Source of the DNA: Scenedesmus sp. PABB004
Taxonomy: Eukaryota
DNA length: 64,000 nucleotides
Assembly (NCBI GenBank): GCA_014905635.1
Contig: JABVCE010000016.1
Span: 310,001 to 374,000 of the forward strand
Direction: 5' to 3'
Part shown: positions 49,201 through 61,216 of the stretch, one piece after another
Position numbering within the stretch: position 1 is the first letter of the stretch
Layout: every line of letters starts with the position of its first letter
Position numbers and translations under genes: made by a program
Notes under the pieces: model-generated
Databases searched by the model: none
What the model saw: only the letters and a program-made list of their open reading frames with translations
What the model was told of the DNA's origin: nothing

Positions 49201-49674
49201 GGACGGCATCAGGCGCGGCCAGCTGGGAGGCGGCGCGGGGCCGGCGCGCGGGGCTGCGCGAGGCGGCGCGGCCAGCTGGGAGGCCGGGGCAGGGCCGGCA
49301 GCAGGGCTGGCGCCCACGCCGCCGCGCGCACGGATCTCCACCTCCGCCGCCGCCGCGCGGCCGCGCCGCGCTGCGCCGCGTGCAGCGTGAACGAGGCGGT
49401 GCTGGCGGCGCCGGACAACCCGCTGCTGGTCATCAACTGCCGCATGCAGCGCGCCGCGGCCGAGCGCCGCACGCAGCGCGCCGCGGCGGCGGCGGCGGCG
49501 GCGGCCGGCAAGGCGGCACTGCCGGGCGGCGGCGGCGGCGGCAGCAGGAGCGGCGGGGGCGGGGGGCGGGCGGCGGCCGGCAGCCTCGCGGCGGCGGGCG
49601 GGGCGCAGCAGCAGCCGGCGCTGCGCCTGCAGGGCGGCGGGCTGCTGCCGGCGCCGGCCGCGGGCGGGCGCTGA
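46292..49674 (+). CDS. DRC2: Dynein regulatory complex subunit 2 (CCDC65), about 14 exons
   Basis: [38 protein letters not shown]...[51 protein letters not shown]...NPLLVIN. Confidence 0.9.
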
Positions 49675-49954
49675 CGTGGCGGCGGGGTGCCCGGCAACGG
49701 TTGCCAGCGCGGCCCCCCATCTGCTCGCGCGTGCGTGCGAGGCATCCCCCACCCCTCAGTCTTAGACACACCGCCAGCCGCGCGCCCCCTAGACCGCGGT
49801 CCGGTCAGGTGCCAGGCTTCAGGTGTGCAGGTCCAACCCAGGCAATGGACGGTGTGCGTCACCAAGCGCGCAGTCCAAGGAGTCCCCCGCAGATTTGTGT
49901 CCCCAATTGACAGCCCCCAGGCCTCCCCAGTCCACCGCCAGACCTCTCCCCTGC

Positions 49955-52358
49955 TCAGCACGACGGCGCGGGGCTGGCCGTGCGCGCGCGCTTGGCCGCC
50001 GCGTCGCCGCCGCCGTCGCCGTCGCCGCCGTCAGCGGCGCGCTTGCCGGCCGCCGCGCCAGCGGCCTCCGCCGGCGCGGATTCCGCCGGCGCGGCCTCCG
50101 CCGGCGCGGCCTCCGCCGGCGGCGCGGCGGTGGCCGCTGCCTCACCGCCGGCGCCCTGCTCGCCGGCGCCGCCCTGCCAGCGGTCGCGGGCGTCGACGCC
50201 GCCGCCGCCGGCGGCGGCGGCGGCGGCGCCGGCGCGCCCGCCGCCGCGCGCGGCGCCGGCGCTGGCGCGGCCGCGGACGGCGCTGCCAAAGACGCGCCGC
50301 GTGCCGAGGACCTCCTGGTAGCGCTTGGGGTCCTTGGGCGGCCAGTCAAACGCGCCGCCCTGCTTGCCCACGGGCTTGGCGGCGCCGCCGCCGCCGCTCG
50401 CGGTCGCGGGCCGCGTCGGCGCGCCGCCCTCCGCCGGCGCCGCCTGCTCGGCCGCGGGCGCCGCCGCCTGCTCGGTCGCGGGCGCCGCCGCCGCCTGCGG
50501 CTGCGGCTGCGGCTGCGGGGCGGGCGCCTTCTCGTGCGCCGGCTGCGGCGGGCCGTGGCCGCGCCCCCCGCCGCCCCGCGCCGGGCCGCCGCCGCCGGGG
50601 CTAGGCACCGCGCTGGCAGCCAAGTTGTGGGCGTTGCTGTACACGACACCCCCAGCGGACCACACCTTGCCGGCCGGCCTGCCGCCGGCGCCGCCGCGGC
50701 CGGCGGCACAGTCGCCAGCGGCGGCGCGGCCGTCGGCGCCGCCGCGCCGCGGCTCGCGATGGTGGCGGCGGCCGTCGTCGCGGCTGCCCTGGCGGCGGTA
50801 GCGCTCTGCGCTGAGGTGGCCGCTGCTGCGGCGCCGGCGCCGGCGCGCGTCCCGGCTGCCGCTGCGGCTGTGGTGCCGGCGCCGGCTGCGGGGCCGGCTG
50901 CCGCTGCGGCTGTGGCGCCGGCGCAGGCTGCGGGACCGGCTGCTGGAGCGCCCGCTGGAGCTGCTGCTGCTGCCCCTGCTGCGGCTGCGGCTGCAGCGGC
51001 CCCGGCTGAGGCGCCCGCGGCTGCGGCCGCGGGTCAGCGCGCCGCACGGCGGCGGCGCGGGCACGCGACCCCGCCTGCCCGCCGCGAGCGCCACGGCGCC
51101 GGCGGCCGCGCCCGCGCCAGCCCCGCCGCCGTCGTGCGCCTGGCCCCCCTCCTCGACCGTGTGCCAGCCACCGGGCCGCGCGGCGTCGTCCGCCTCCGCC
51201 TGCGCCTGCGCCTGCGCCTGCGCATCGCCGACTGCCTCCTCGGCTGCCGCCGCCTGCTCAGCCGCCGGCTCAGCCGCCGGCTCAGCCGCCGGCTCAGCCG
51301 CCGGCTCGGCTGCTGTGGCGTCAGCCGCCGCGGCCTCCTCGTCGTCGCCAAAGTCCAGCGCGACCTCAGCCTCGGCCGACGTAGTGCTGCCGCCGTGCGC
51401 GCCGCCGCCCGGCGCCAGCGCGGCAGGGTGCGCCGCTTGGGCCGCAGCCGGCGCCGGCGCCCGCGGCGGCGGCGGCGGGGGCGGGGGCGCCGCCGCCTGG
51501 AGCGCCGGCGGCGGGAGCTCCGCGGGCGGCGCTGCCGGCGGCGCCGCGCCGGCGGGCTCCCCCCACGCCGGCGTGGCTGGGGCTGTGCCGCTGTCGTGCC
51601 CCGAGCGCGGCGCGATGGTGGCACCGCGCGCTGCCGCGTGCTGCAGCGGCTGCGGCGCGCGCGGCGGCGGGCGCGTCAGCTGCGGCGCCTGCTGCTGCTG
51701 CTGCTGCTGCTGCAGGTGCTCCTTCTGCTGCTGCAGCTCGGCGTCCGTGGGTGAGTCGTGGTCGGGCCTGCGGTGACCGCGCCCGCCGGCCTGCGGCCCA
51801 GGCGGCGGCGTCTGCTGCTGCGCCCGCCCGTTCTGCGCTGCGCCTGCGTGGCGGGGTGGGGCGGCGGGGGCATGCGGTCAGGTGCGTCCCACAGCCGCGC
51901 GGCCGCTGCGCTGCCGCCGGCCAGCGGCCAGCGGCCCACCTGGCGCCGCGCCGCGCGCCGTGTGTGCGGGCGCGTCGATCGCCGGCCCCGCGAGCTGGCG
52001 CGCCAGCAGCAGCGCCACGTGCTGCCGCAGCTCGTCCTGCGCGGCGGCGGCGCGCGCGGCGTCGGCAGCGGTCGGCGCGCGCCGGCGGCGCGTGCGCTCG
52101 CGGCCGCCGCGCGCCGCCGCGTGGCGCCGCGCCTGGCTGATGCTCGTAAAGTCCTCCTGCTTCACGCCGCGGCAGCTGAGCTCCAGAGAAAAGGCGCTGG
52201 CGGTCACGGAGAAGCTGCCCGACCTGAGAAGCTGCAGGACGAGCCACCAGACGTGCGCGTCCTCGTACTCGGGCAGGAAACAGCGTATCAGCGGCGTAGG
52301 AAACGACCGGACGCCGCGGTCGGCTCTGGACTTTACGTGAGAAGGCGTCTTCTCCATG
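49955..52358 (-). CDS. Hypothetical low-complexity protein with an RS-rich region
   Basis: Exons from MEKTPSHVKS...; [15 protein letters not shown] repeats; tail FDWPPKDPKRYQEVLG; exon structure uncertain. Confidence 0.5.
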
Positions 52359-52706
52359 GCGGGCTGCGTCGGCGCCGCGAGGGCGTCTCCCGCCGCCGCG
52401 TGCTGCTGCTGCCGGCCGCGCGGCGCCAGCGAGGGCAGCGGACGGCCTCGCCGCGCCCGCGACGGCCCCTGCCGATGATTTCGGTCGCGCGGAGACTCGC
52501 TGGCGACGCGCTGGCGACGCGGTCGCTGGGCGCCGGCGCGGGGTGCAGGGTCTTGTGCGAAGCGCCGGGCGTCGATCGGTGGCAGAGCGGCTGCGATCAC
52601 ACGCGCCCCCATATAGCCCGCGTGCGTGCGTCGCCGCACGACATCGCCACTGCCTCTCCGCCGCCGCCGCGCTCGCTCGCTCGCCACCGCCGCCGCTGCG
52701 CTCGCG

Positions 52707-53410
52707 ATGCTGTCGCTCGGCAGCGGCCCCGCCCCGGGCGGCGCGGCGCACCGCCATGGCGCCAGCAGTCTACGGGAGAGCGCGCGGCCGCAGGAGCAGC
52801 CGCGGCCGCGGCAGCAGCAGCAGCAGCAGCGGCAGCGGCAGCAGGAGCCGCCGAAACAACCGCTGCAGCGGCTACACGGCTGGGCTGCGCTGGCGGTCGT
52901 GCAGGCGGCGGCGGCGGCGGCGCTCGCGGCCGGCGGCGCGTGCGCGGCGGAGCTGGTCGAGGCGAGGCCACTCGTCGCCGACGAGTTCAAGAACATCCCC
53001 AGCGAGCTCAGCTCGGCCTCGGGCGAGACGGCCGGCCCGCGGCTCAGCAGCCTCATGGGCGGCGTGAACGCCAAGGCCGTGGAGCGCTGCACGCGGCGCT
53101 GCGTGCCGACGTGCACGCGCGGCGGCGAGGGTGGGTGCGCGCGGCGCTGGGACCGCGCGGGGCGCCGCCGGCAGCGGCGGCGGCCGCGGCACGCCCGTCT
53201 GTGGGCCCCCGCGGCCGCCGCCGACCGCCCCGTGCTGCCGCCGCCGCAGGGGCGCCCGGGCTGGGGCCGATCAGCCTCCGCAAGGAGCTGATAGTGTTCA
53301 AAGAGGGCTTCCGCAGCCGCAGCTACTGCCTGAGCGAGTGCGCGCAGGTCTGCTCGCTGCAGGCCAACGGCGGCGGCAAGGAGGCCGGCGGCGGCGGCAA
53401 GGAGGCCGCA

Positions 53411-53491
<81 letters not shown>

Positions 53492-53533
53492 GACTGCAGC
53501 CAAGCGGCGGCGGGCGCGGCGGCGGCGGAGTAG
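52707..53533 (+). CDS. Small Cys-rich protein, probably plastid/thylakoid-lumen targeted
   Basis: Bipartite-like N-terminus ending ACA; CTRRCVPTCTRGGEGAPGLGP and FKEGFRSRSYCLSECAQVC; poly-Gly tail. Confidence 0.7.
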
Positions 53534-53607
53534 CTGACGGCGGGCCGCCGCGCGGCGCTGCGCCCTGTGGCAATGCGGACTCAGAGCGTTGCCGCGCCCG
53601 ACGCGCC

Positions 53608-55276
53608 TCACACCGACTTGCCGCGCGGCGGCGCGGCGCCGCTCCGCGCCCCGCCGCCACTCCGCGCGTCGCCGCCGCCCGCCGCCCACGCCGCCTGGTG
53701 CGGCTGCGGCGAGGGCGAGGGCGAGCGCGAGGCCGAGGGCGTGGGGTCCAGGTAGCGTCCGTTGGGCAGCGCGTGGAAGTGCTCCGCGCCGAGGACCAGC
53801 GACGTCAGCATCAAATTTATTTGAGCCGCCGCCTCGCGCACGCAGAAGTGCGCCGCCGGCAGCACGACGCAAGGCGCGCCGAGGCGACGCGCCAGTTTTT
53901 CGGCGTTGGCGGAGCTCGCGAGCTTGTCGCTGCGGCCGTGGATGACGAGCTTGGGGAACGCTGTGGCGCAGATGGCGGCGGCGTCGCGCGCGCTCAGGCG
54001 GTGCCGCCAGCACGCGTGGAGCTGGCCGCGGAAGCCGTGGGGCGGCTGGGGGTCCATGCACGAGTGCTCGATGTACTCGCGCCGCAGCAGGTCGTGCCGC
54101 CGCGCGCCGAACTGGGAGACCTGCGGCCGCGCGCGGCGCGCGCGGCGGGCTTGGCACGCCGCGGCGCGCCGCGGCGCCAGCGGCGGGCGGCCCCCGCGGC
54201 GGGCGGCCCCGGCGGCGCTCACCCACTCCTTGAGCGTGCGCCGGCGGAAGTGCATCGCGAGCGTGGCGTCCACCGTGTCCTCAGGCGTGCTGGGCGTGGC
54301 GGACCAGGGCGGGTGTGGTGGGCGGGAGCGAGCGTTGGGGAGTCGCGGCGCGGGAGGCGCAGCGGCGGGCCGCCCGAGCGGCAGCGACCGGGGCCCCGCG
54401 CGCGGCGGCGGCGCAGCGCACCGCGCGGTGACCATCTGCAGGCCGATGCGCAGGCCCGAGAGGCTGTGCGTGGGCAGGATCTGCCAGCCGCCCGCGCTCG
54501 TGGCGATGAGCGTGAGGCTCGCCACGCGCGCCGGCGCGGCGACGGCGAGGCGCTGCGCGATCATTCCGCCCATGCTGAAGCCGAGCACGTGCGCGCTGTG
54601 CCAGCCGAGGTGGTCCTGCGGGCGCCGCGCGGCGGCGGGCAAGGCGCTGGGCGGCAGCGCGGCGCGGCCGGCGGCGGCGGCGGCGGCGCGGCGGCGCGGC
54701 GGCGCACCATGACCGCCAGCGCGTCGGCGGCCATCACGCTGGTGCTATATCGGCCGGGCTCGACCGGGCTGCTGCTCAGGCCGACGCCGCGGTTGTCCAG
54801 GATCGCCACGAGCAGCTGCGGCGCCTGCTTCGACGGCGCTGCGGGCGGCGCCGCCTGCTGCGCCTGCGCCTGCGGCTGCGCGCAGTCCACGGCGCCGGGC
54901 AGCTGGTGGCTCTGAACGAGCGCCTCGAGCTGCCAGCGCCACGCCTCCATGCGGCATGCCAGGCCGTGCAGCAGCAGCACCTTGGGCAGGTGCTGCGCGT
55001 CGTGCATGCTCCTGGCGCGGCGGGGAGCCCCCGTCTGAGCGCGCCGCGCGCAGCACGCTCGCGCGCGCCGCCGAGGCGGCACCGCACTCACTGGCCGGGC
55101 GCGAGGCCGTGGAGCTCGTATGCGATGCGCACGTCCGGCTCGACCGCGACCCAGCCCCGCTCCACGTAGCCCCCGGCGACGCCGCAGCCGGCGGCGGCGC
55201 AGGGCGAGAGGTCGAGAATGAAGTCCGCGCTCGCGAGGTCTGCGGCCGCCCGCGGCTGCTCCCGCGCGTCCGCCAT
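53608..55276 (-). CDS. Alpha/beta hydrolase
   Basis: [21 protein letters not shown] nucleophile, VIHGRSD, AAHF. Confidence 0.85.
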
Positions 55277-55896
55277 CGCGGCCGCGCGGTGCTGGCCCAG
55301 GAGCGGCGCGGCGGCGTCGGCGGGGCCGACGCGCATGCGCGGCGCGGGGTCAGCGCCGCTGCAGTGCCGCGCTGTGCTGGGCAGCGCCGCTGTGCGCGGG
55401 GCGGGGCGCGGTGCGGCGTCGCGGTGCGGGCAGCGCTGCGGCGGCGGCGGGGCGGGGGCGCTGCTCGCCGGCGGGTGCGGCGCGACGGAGCAGCGGGCCG
55501 GCGCGGGGGCGCGTGTGCAGACGCGGGAGGGATGATGGTGCGGCCATGGGGCGCCTCCTGGACAATTCGACGGCGGCGGGGCTCACGCTTGAGACGCCGC
55601 GGTCCAGCGCCGCTGCTTGCGCCGGCGTCGGCTGTCCCAAGCCGCCATTCAGTCCGGCCCTGGCTCAGCCACCCGACTGCGCACGCCCGCTTGACCCGCT
55701 TCTGATCAAGCGGCCCACGGCGCTCGACCTCGACGCCGCAGCCGGCGGGCGCGCGACGGCGCATGGGCGCGCAGCCCCACGGCCCCCCAACGCCAAATCT
55801 GCGGGCTGGCTGTGTCAGCGGCCCGTGACGGCGCTCTCCCCGAGCGGCACTCACCGCCGGCGCGGCGCGCGGGCAACCGCAACCTCAGCCGGCGTG

Positions 55897-57337
55897 ATGC
55901 TGGCCCTCCTGGGCGCCGCCCTGATCGCGCTGGCGGCCCTGGGCGCAGCAGCGGTGGCGCTGCTGCTGATGCCGGGTGCGGCGGCAGCGGCGGCAGCGCT
56001 TGGCGGCAGCGGCAGCGGCGGCAGCGCGCGCCGCAACCGCCGCGCCGCAACCGCCGCCGCCGCAGAGCTGCGGGCCGCGCCGGCGGCGTGGATGGAGCGG
56101 CAGCTCTTCCCCGACGCCAACACCGTCAACCTGGTCGGCGGCGGCAAGGCCCGCGCCGCCGGCCCGCCGCGCAGCGTGTTCCGCGTGCTCGCGTTTGGCG
56201 ACTCCCTCACCGAGGGCTTCACGGAGTGAGAGGCCGCCGCCGCCGCCGCCAGCGCAGCGCGGCCGAGCCGCCGCGGCGCTTGCCGGGCCGCCCCCGCCCC
56301 CGCGCCCGCCTACACGCCCGCCCACGCCCGGCCCCGCGCCCGCGCGCCTGCATGCAGCGGCGGCAACGCCTTTCATCCCTATGCGAAGCGCCTCGGCGAC
56401 CGGCTGTACCCAGAGATGCCCAAGGCACGCAGGGTTTAGCGGGGCTGCCGCGGCGGGCAGCGGCGGCCGCGGCTGGGCGCGGCCGGCGCCGGCCCGCGCC
56501 GGCGCGGCGTCGGCGGCGGCGGCGGCCCGACCCCTGCGGCCGCGCGGCTGCGCGCGCAGGGGTGGCACCTGGAGATCGAGGAGCAGGGCGAGAGCGGCGA
56601 GCGCGTGCTGCTGGGCATGCGGCACCGCCTGCAGCGCACGCTCGACGAGCACGCCGCCGCGGCGCGGCACTACGACTGGGTGCTGCTCCTCGCCGGCATC
56701 AACGACCTTGCAGGTGCGGGGGCGCCGCCGCGCTGCGCGCCCGCGCCGTGACGCCCGCCGCGGCGGCGGCGGCCCACGCGCCCGCGCCCGCGCCCGCGCG
56801 GCAGGCAACGAGAGCACCCCCGCGGAGGTCGCGGCGGGGCTGGACGTGCTCGTGCAGGCCTGCCTCGCGCACGGCGCGCACGTGCTGCTCATGACGCTGA
56901 TGGAGGTCGCGCAGCCGGAGCCGGGCGTCGAGGCGGCGCGCGCCGCGCTGAACGACCTGCTCCGAGACTACGTGTCGCAGCGCGCCTGGGACAAGGGCGC
57001 CGCGCCGGGCGGCAGCGCCGGCGGCGGCGCGCCCGCGCCCTTGCCCGCGCCCGCGGCAGCAGCAGCGCGCGGTGGCGGCGGCGGCGGCGCGCCGACGCCG
57101 GTCGCGCGGCGCGGGGCGCCGGCCGTGCACCTGTTTGACCTCGCGGCAGCGCTGCCCTTCCAGGGCCTGCCCGAGGAGCAGCGCTGGCAGCTGTGGGACG
57201 ACGGCGTGCACCTGACCATGGCCGGCTACGACCACCTGGGCGGCCTCGTCGCGGACGCGCTGTTGCCGCTGGTCGATCACGAGCTGCAGGACCAGCCGGC
57301 GCTGGGCGGCGGCGCGGCCGACAAAAAGCGAAGCTGA
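55897..57337 (+). CDS. SGNH/GDSL hydrolase with N-terminal signal anchor
   Basis: FGDSLTEG (block I), GINDL (block III), DDGVHLT (block V). Confidence 0.87.
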
Positions 57338-57382
57338 GCGCGGTGGCGGCGGGGAGGGCCGGTAACACGCGCGCGCCCCCGG

Positions 57383-58727
57383 TCACGGCGGCGCGTCGCC
57401 GCTGCGTGCGCAGCCACTCGTAGCGGGGACCGGCCCCGCCGCTGGCAGCGCCGGCGGGCGCCGCGGCGACAGCAGCGCAGCGTGCAGTGGCACCGGCGCC
57501 GCGGCCGCGAGGCCCGGCCGCCCCGGGCTGCAGCCCGCGGGGGCAGCGCTCGCGGCGCGTGGCCGCGCGCCCTGCAGTTGTCCCGCGTCGGCGGCCAGGC
57601 TCGCCCGGGTGCCGCCGCGGCTGCTGCGAGCGCGCAGGCGCCCAAGCAGCTCCTGCTGCGCCTGCTGCTTGTCGCCCGCTGCAGGCGTCACCGGCCTGCT
57701 CCGCGGCGAGCGCAGCCAGTCGGGCGGGCTGCTGCCGCCGCTGCCGCCGCCGACCGGACCTGCCTCCGTCGGGCAGCTGGTGGCCGTGAGGAGCGCCGGT
57801 GCCGCGCCGTCGCTGGCGGGCAGGGGGCCTGGCACGGGCGTGCCCGCCCTGCTGCGCCGCAGCGCCGCAAGCTGCCGGCTGTCGCCCTCCAGTCGAGCGA
57901 CCTCGGCCTGCGCCTCGGCCAGCATCACCTTGTAAGACTCCAGCTCCGCCTGCAGCGAGGCCTTGATTGGCGGCAGAGGCGGCAGCGCGTGAGCGCAGGC
58001 GGCGGCTCGTCACACGTGCGCGCAAGGGCCGCCCGCGCCGGCCGCACCTGCTGCTCGCGCTGCTTCGCCGCGCCCGCAGCTGCGGCCGCCGCTGCGGCCG
58101 CGCTGTCGGCGTCACGGCGCTTCTGCTCCATGAGCGCCAGCTGCAGCCGCGACAGCTCGCTATGAATGCCTGCCTGCTCTCGATGCTGCGGCGCGCGGCA
58201 GTGGGCGTCGCGTGAGCTGCGGCCCGCGCGCCCACCCCCACCCCTTGCCTCCCGCGCGCGCACACCTGGCTCAGCTGCGCCTCTGCGTCCTGCAGCTGCC
58301 GCGCGCGCGCGGCCTGCGCGCTGCGCGCGCGCTTGGCGTCGGCCAGCGCCGCGCGCTCCGCGCTGCGCGCGGCGTCCAGGTCGGCCGCGAGCGCCGCGAG
58401 CCGTGCCGCCGACGCCGCCTCGGAGCGCCGCAGCTCCCCGCGCGCCGCCGCCGCCGCCGCCCTGGCCGCCTCCAGCTGCGTCTGCGCCTCGCCGGCCGCC
58501 TGCTGCCTGGCCGCCGCGCCGTCGCGCGCCGCCGCGAGCGCCGCCGCCGCCGCCGCGAGCTGCGCCCGGGACGCGCTCGCCGTGCTCGCCGCGTCGCGGC
58601 GCGCCGCCGCCAGCGCGGCCTGCAGGCGCTCGATGTCGTCCTGCGCCTCGGCGAGGAACTCTCGCAGCTGGGCTGCGCCGTCCGGCTGGGCGTCGTCGGG
58701 CGCGGCAGCGGGCGCCGCCGCGGCCAT
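57383..58727 (-). CDS. Hypothetical coiled-coil protein
   Basis: LREFLAEAQDDIERLQ, HSELSRLQLALMEQ, LQAELESYKVMLAEAQAEVARLE. Confidence 0.55.
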
Positions 58728-59150
58728 GGCGCGCGTCGCTCGCCGCGGCGCGCGCTGCTCGCCGCGGCGCGTGAGCAGCGGCGGCGGCGCGGGCCCCCGG
58801 TGGGCGGCCGCCCACAGGCCAGTCGCCACGAGCTGGATGTTCACCAGCGCTGGCAGAGCTCGGGGCGCCCCGCTGCCTTGCGCCGCCGCTTGAACTGGCG
58901 CGCGCGCGGCGCCGCTGCGAGCGCCTTGCGCACGACGCGGGCTGTGCTTGGCGGGCCGTGCGCCACTTGACGGGCTGACCAGGGGGCGCGCCTGAGGCAG
59001 GCCAGCGGGCGAGCGGCGGCGCAGGTTTTGGGGCCGGGCGTCAGCACGGCGGCGGCAAGAGTGAGTGCGGCGCACAAGCCGCCGTCGCAGCCGTCCCCAT
59101 CGCGTGAAACACCTCACAAGTGCACAGGGCGCGAGCTCGCGGAACCTGGA

Positions 59151-59181
<31 letters not shown>

Positions 59182-59185
59182 CACA

Positions 59186-60854
59186 ATGGAGGAGCGCGGC
59201 GCTGGCCCTGAGAGCCGGCTGCGCACCATCGCCCGCCACCTGCTGGGCGGCGGCTCCTCACAGACCGGGGTCTGCCCAAGCTGCGCGTGCAAGGTGCGGC
59301 GGCAGCGGCGGCGGCGGCTGTGCCCACACGCTGCGGCGCACGCGCGCCCGCGGCGCTCAACGCCCGGCGCCGCCGCGCGGCAGGGCGCCGCGGGCCGGCC
59401 GGCGCCGCTGGAGCTCAAGTACAGCGCGGAGGTCAAGGACGCGCTGGCGGCGGGCCGGCCGGTGGTGGCGCTGGAGAGCACGATCATCAGCCACGGCGCG
59501 CCGCGGCGCCGCTGCCCGCCGCCGCTGCCCGCCGGCGCTGCGCGCTGCGCGGCGGGGCCCAGCCGAGCGTCCTCCCCCGCCCGCCCGCTGCCCGCTCCCA
59601 GGCATGCCATACCCGCAGAACATGCAGACGGCGCTGGAGGTCGAGGCGGTCGTGCGGCGGCACGGCGCGGTGCCGGCGACCATCGCCATCATCGCCGGCC
59701 AGCCCTGCATCGGTGCGGCGGCCGCGCTGCAGCCGCGGCAGCGGCGGCGGCGGCGGCGGCGGCGGCGACGCGCCCGCGCCCGCGCCCGCGCGCGCCGCGC
59801 AGGCTGCGACCGCGCGCAGCTGGAGCACATCGCGTCGCGCGGCGCGTCGGTGCGCAAGGTGTCGCGCCGCGACCTGCCGCTCGTGCTCGGGCAGGGCCTC
59901 GACGGCGCGACGACGGTCAGCGCGACCATGCTGCTCGCCGCGCGCGCCGGCATACGCGTGTTTGTCACGGGCGGCATCGGCGGCGTGCACAGGCGCGGCG
60001 CAGCGGCGGACACGGAGCGCGCTGCGCAGCGCAGCGCAGCGCAGCGCGGCACCGGGGCGCGTGCCGGCGCGGCGGGCTATGTGCGGCGCGCCGACAGCCC
60101 CGCGCGCCGCCGCGCCGCGCGCCGCGGCGGCAGGGGCGGGCACGTGAGCATGGACGTGTCGGCCGACCTCACCGAGCTGGGGCGCACGCCCGTCGCGGTG
60201 GTGTGCGCGGGCGCCAAGTCGGTGCGGCGCGGCGCGGGCGCGGGCGCGGCGCGAGCCCGCCCCAGCCGGCCCTGCTCCACGCCGCGGCCGACCGTGCCCA
60301 CCCCCGCCGCCAGGTGCTGGACATCCCCCGCACGCTGGAGTTCCTGGAGACGCAGGGCGTGGCAGTGGCCGCGTACGGCGCGGACGAGTTCCCGGCCTTT
60401 TTCAGCCGCCACAGCGGCTGCGCCGCGCCCGCGCGCGTCGACACGCCGCAGCAGTGAGCCGCGGCGCGCGCGCGCGGGCGTGCAGGCGGGCGGGCGCGCG
60501 GCGCGGGCCGCCGCCGCCGGCCGGCCGCTCACCGCCGCGCCGGCGCCGCGCCGCGCCAGGGCGGCGAGCATGGTGCGCGCGGCGGCGGAGCTGCAGCTCG
60601 GCAGCGGGCTGCTGCTGGCGGTGCCCATCCCAGAGGCGCACGCGGCCGAGGGCGCGGCGATACAGGCGGCGATCGAGGAGGCGCTGCGCGAGGCCGAGGC
60701 GCGGGGCGTCGGCGGCGCGCAGGTCACGCCGTTCCTGCTGGAGGCGATCCGCGCCAAGACGGGCGGCGCGTCGCTGGCGGCCAACATCGCGCTGGTGAAG
60801 AACAACGCCGCCGTGGGCGCGCAGGTCGCGGCCGCGCTCATGGCGATGTCGTGA
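59186..60854 (+). CDS. psuG: Pseudouridine-5'-phosphate glycosidase (PsuG/IndA family; plant PUMY type), 7 exons
   Basis: VVALESTIISHGMPYPQN, GATTVSATM, VFVTGGIGGVHR, DVSADLTEL, GAKSVLDIPRTLEFLETQGV, VTPFLL; N-terminal PTS2 RLRTIARHL. Confidence 0.94.
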
Positions 60855-61216
60855 GCCTGCGGGGGCCGGACAGCAGCGGCGGCGGCGGCGGCTGGCGGCG
60901 GCGGCGTTGCGAGCACGGGCGCGGGGTGGGCAGCGCCGCGGGCTGCGCGGCTCGCGGCGGTTTGGGGTTGGGGCACGACCGCCGCCCCGGCGGCGGCGTC
61001 GCGCTTCGCGGCTCGGCCGGTAACTGGACGCCCGGGCGCGCATCTTCCCCGCGGCCGCACATTCGTGCGCACGATTCCGCGGCGCACTCGGGCGCCAGCG
61101 CAGCAGCGGCGCGTCCGCCCTCTCTGAAGCCCCGCCCACTCTTCGGTCCGCGCCCCGCCCGCGAGGCAGCGTACCGGCAGAGCAGCCAGCCGCGTCTGAC
61201 CGGCGCACCGCGCGAG

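Noticed and set aside
10365..60854. A 'pseudouridine cluster' of PUS7, H/ACA guides and psuG in one window
   Set aside because: PUS7 and psuG are about 45 kb apart with many unrelated genes between, and PUS7 is guide-independent; probably coincidence unless synteny is conserved
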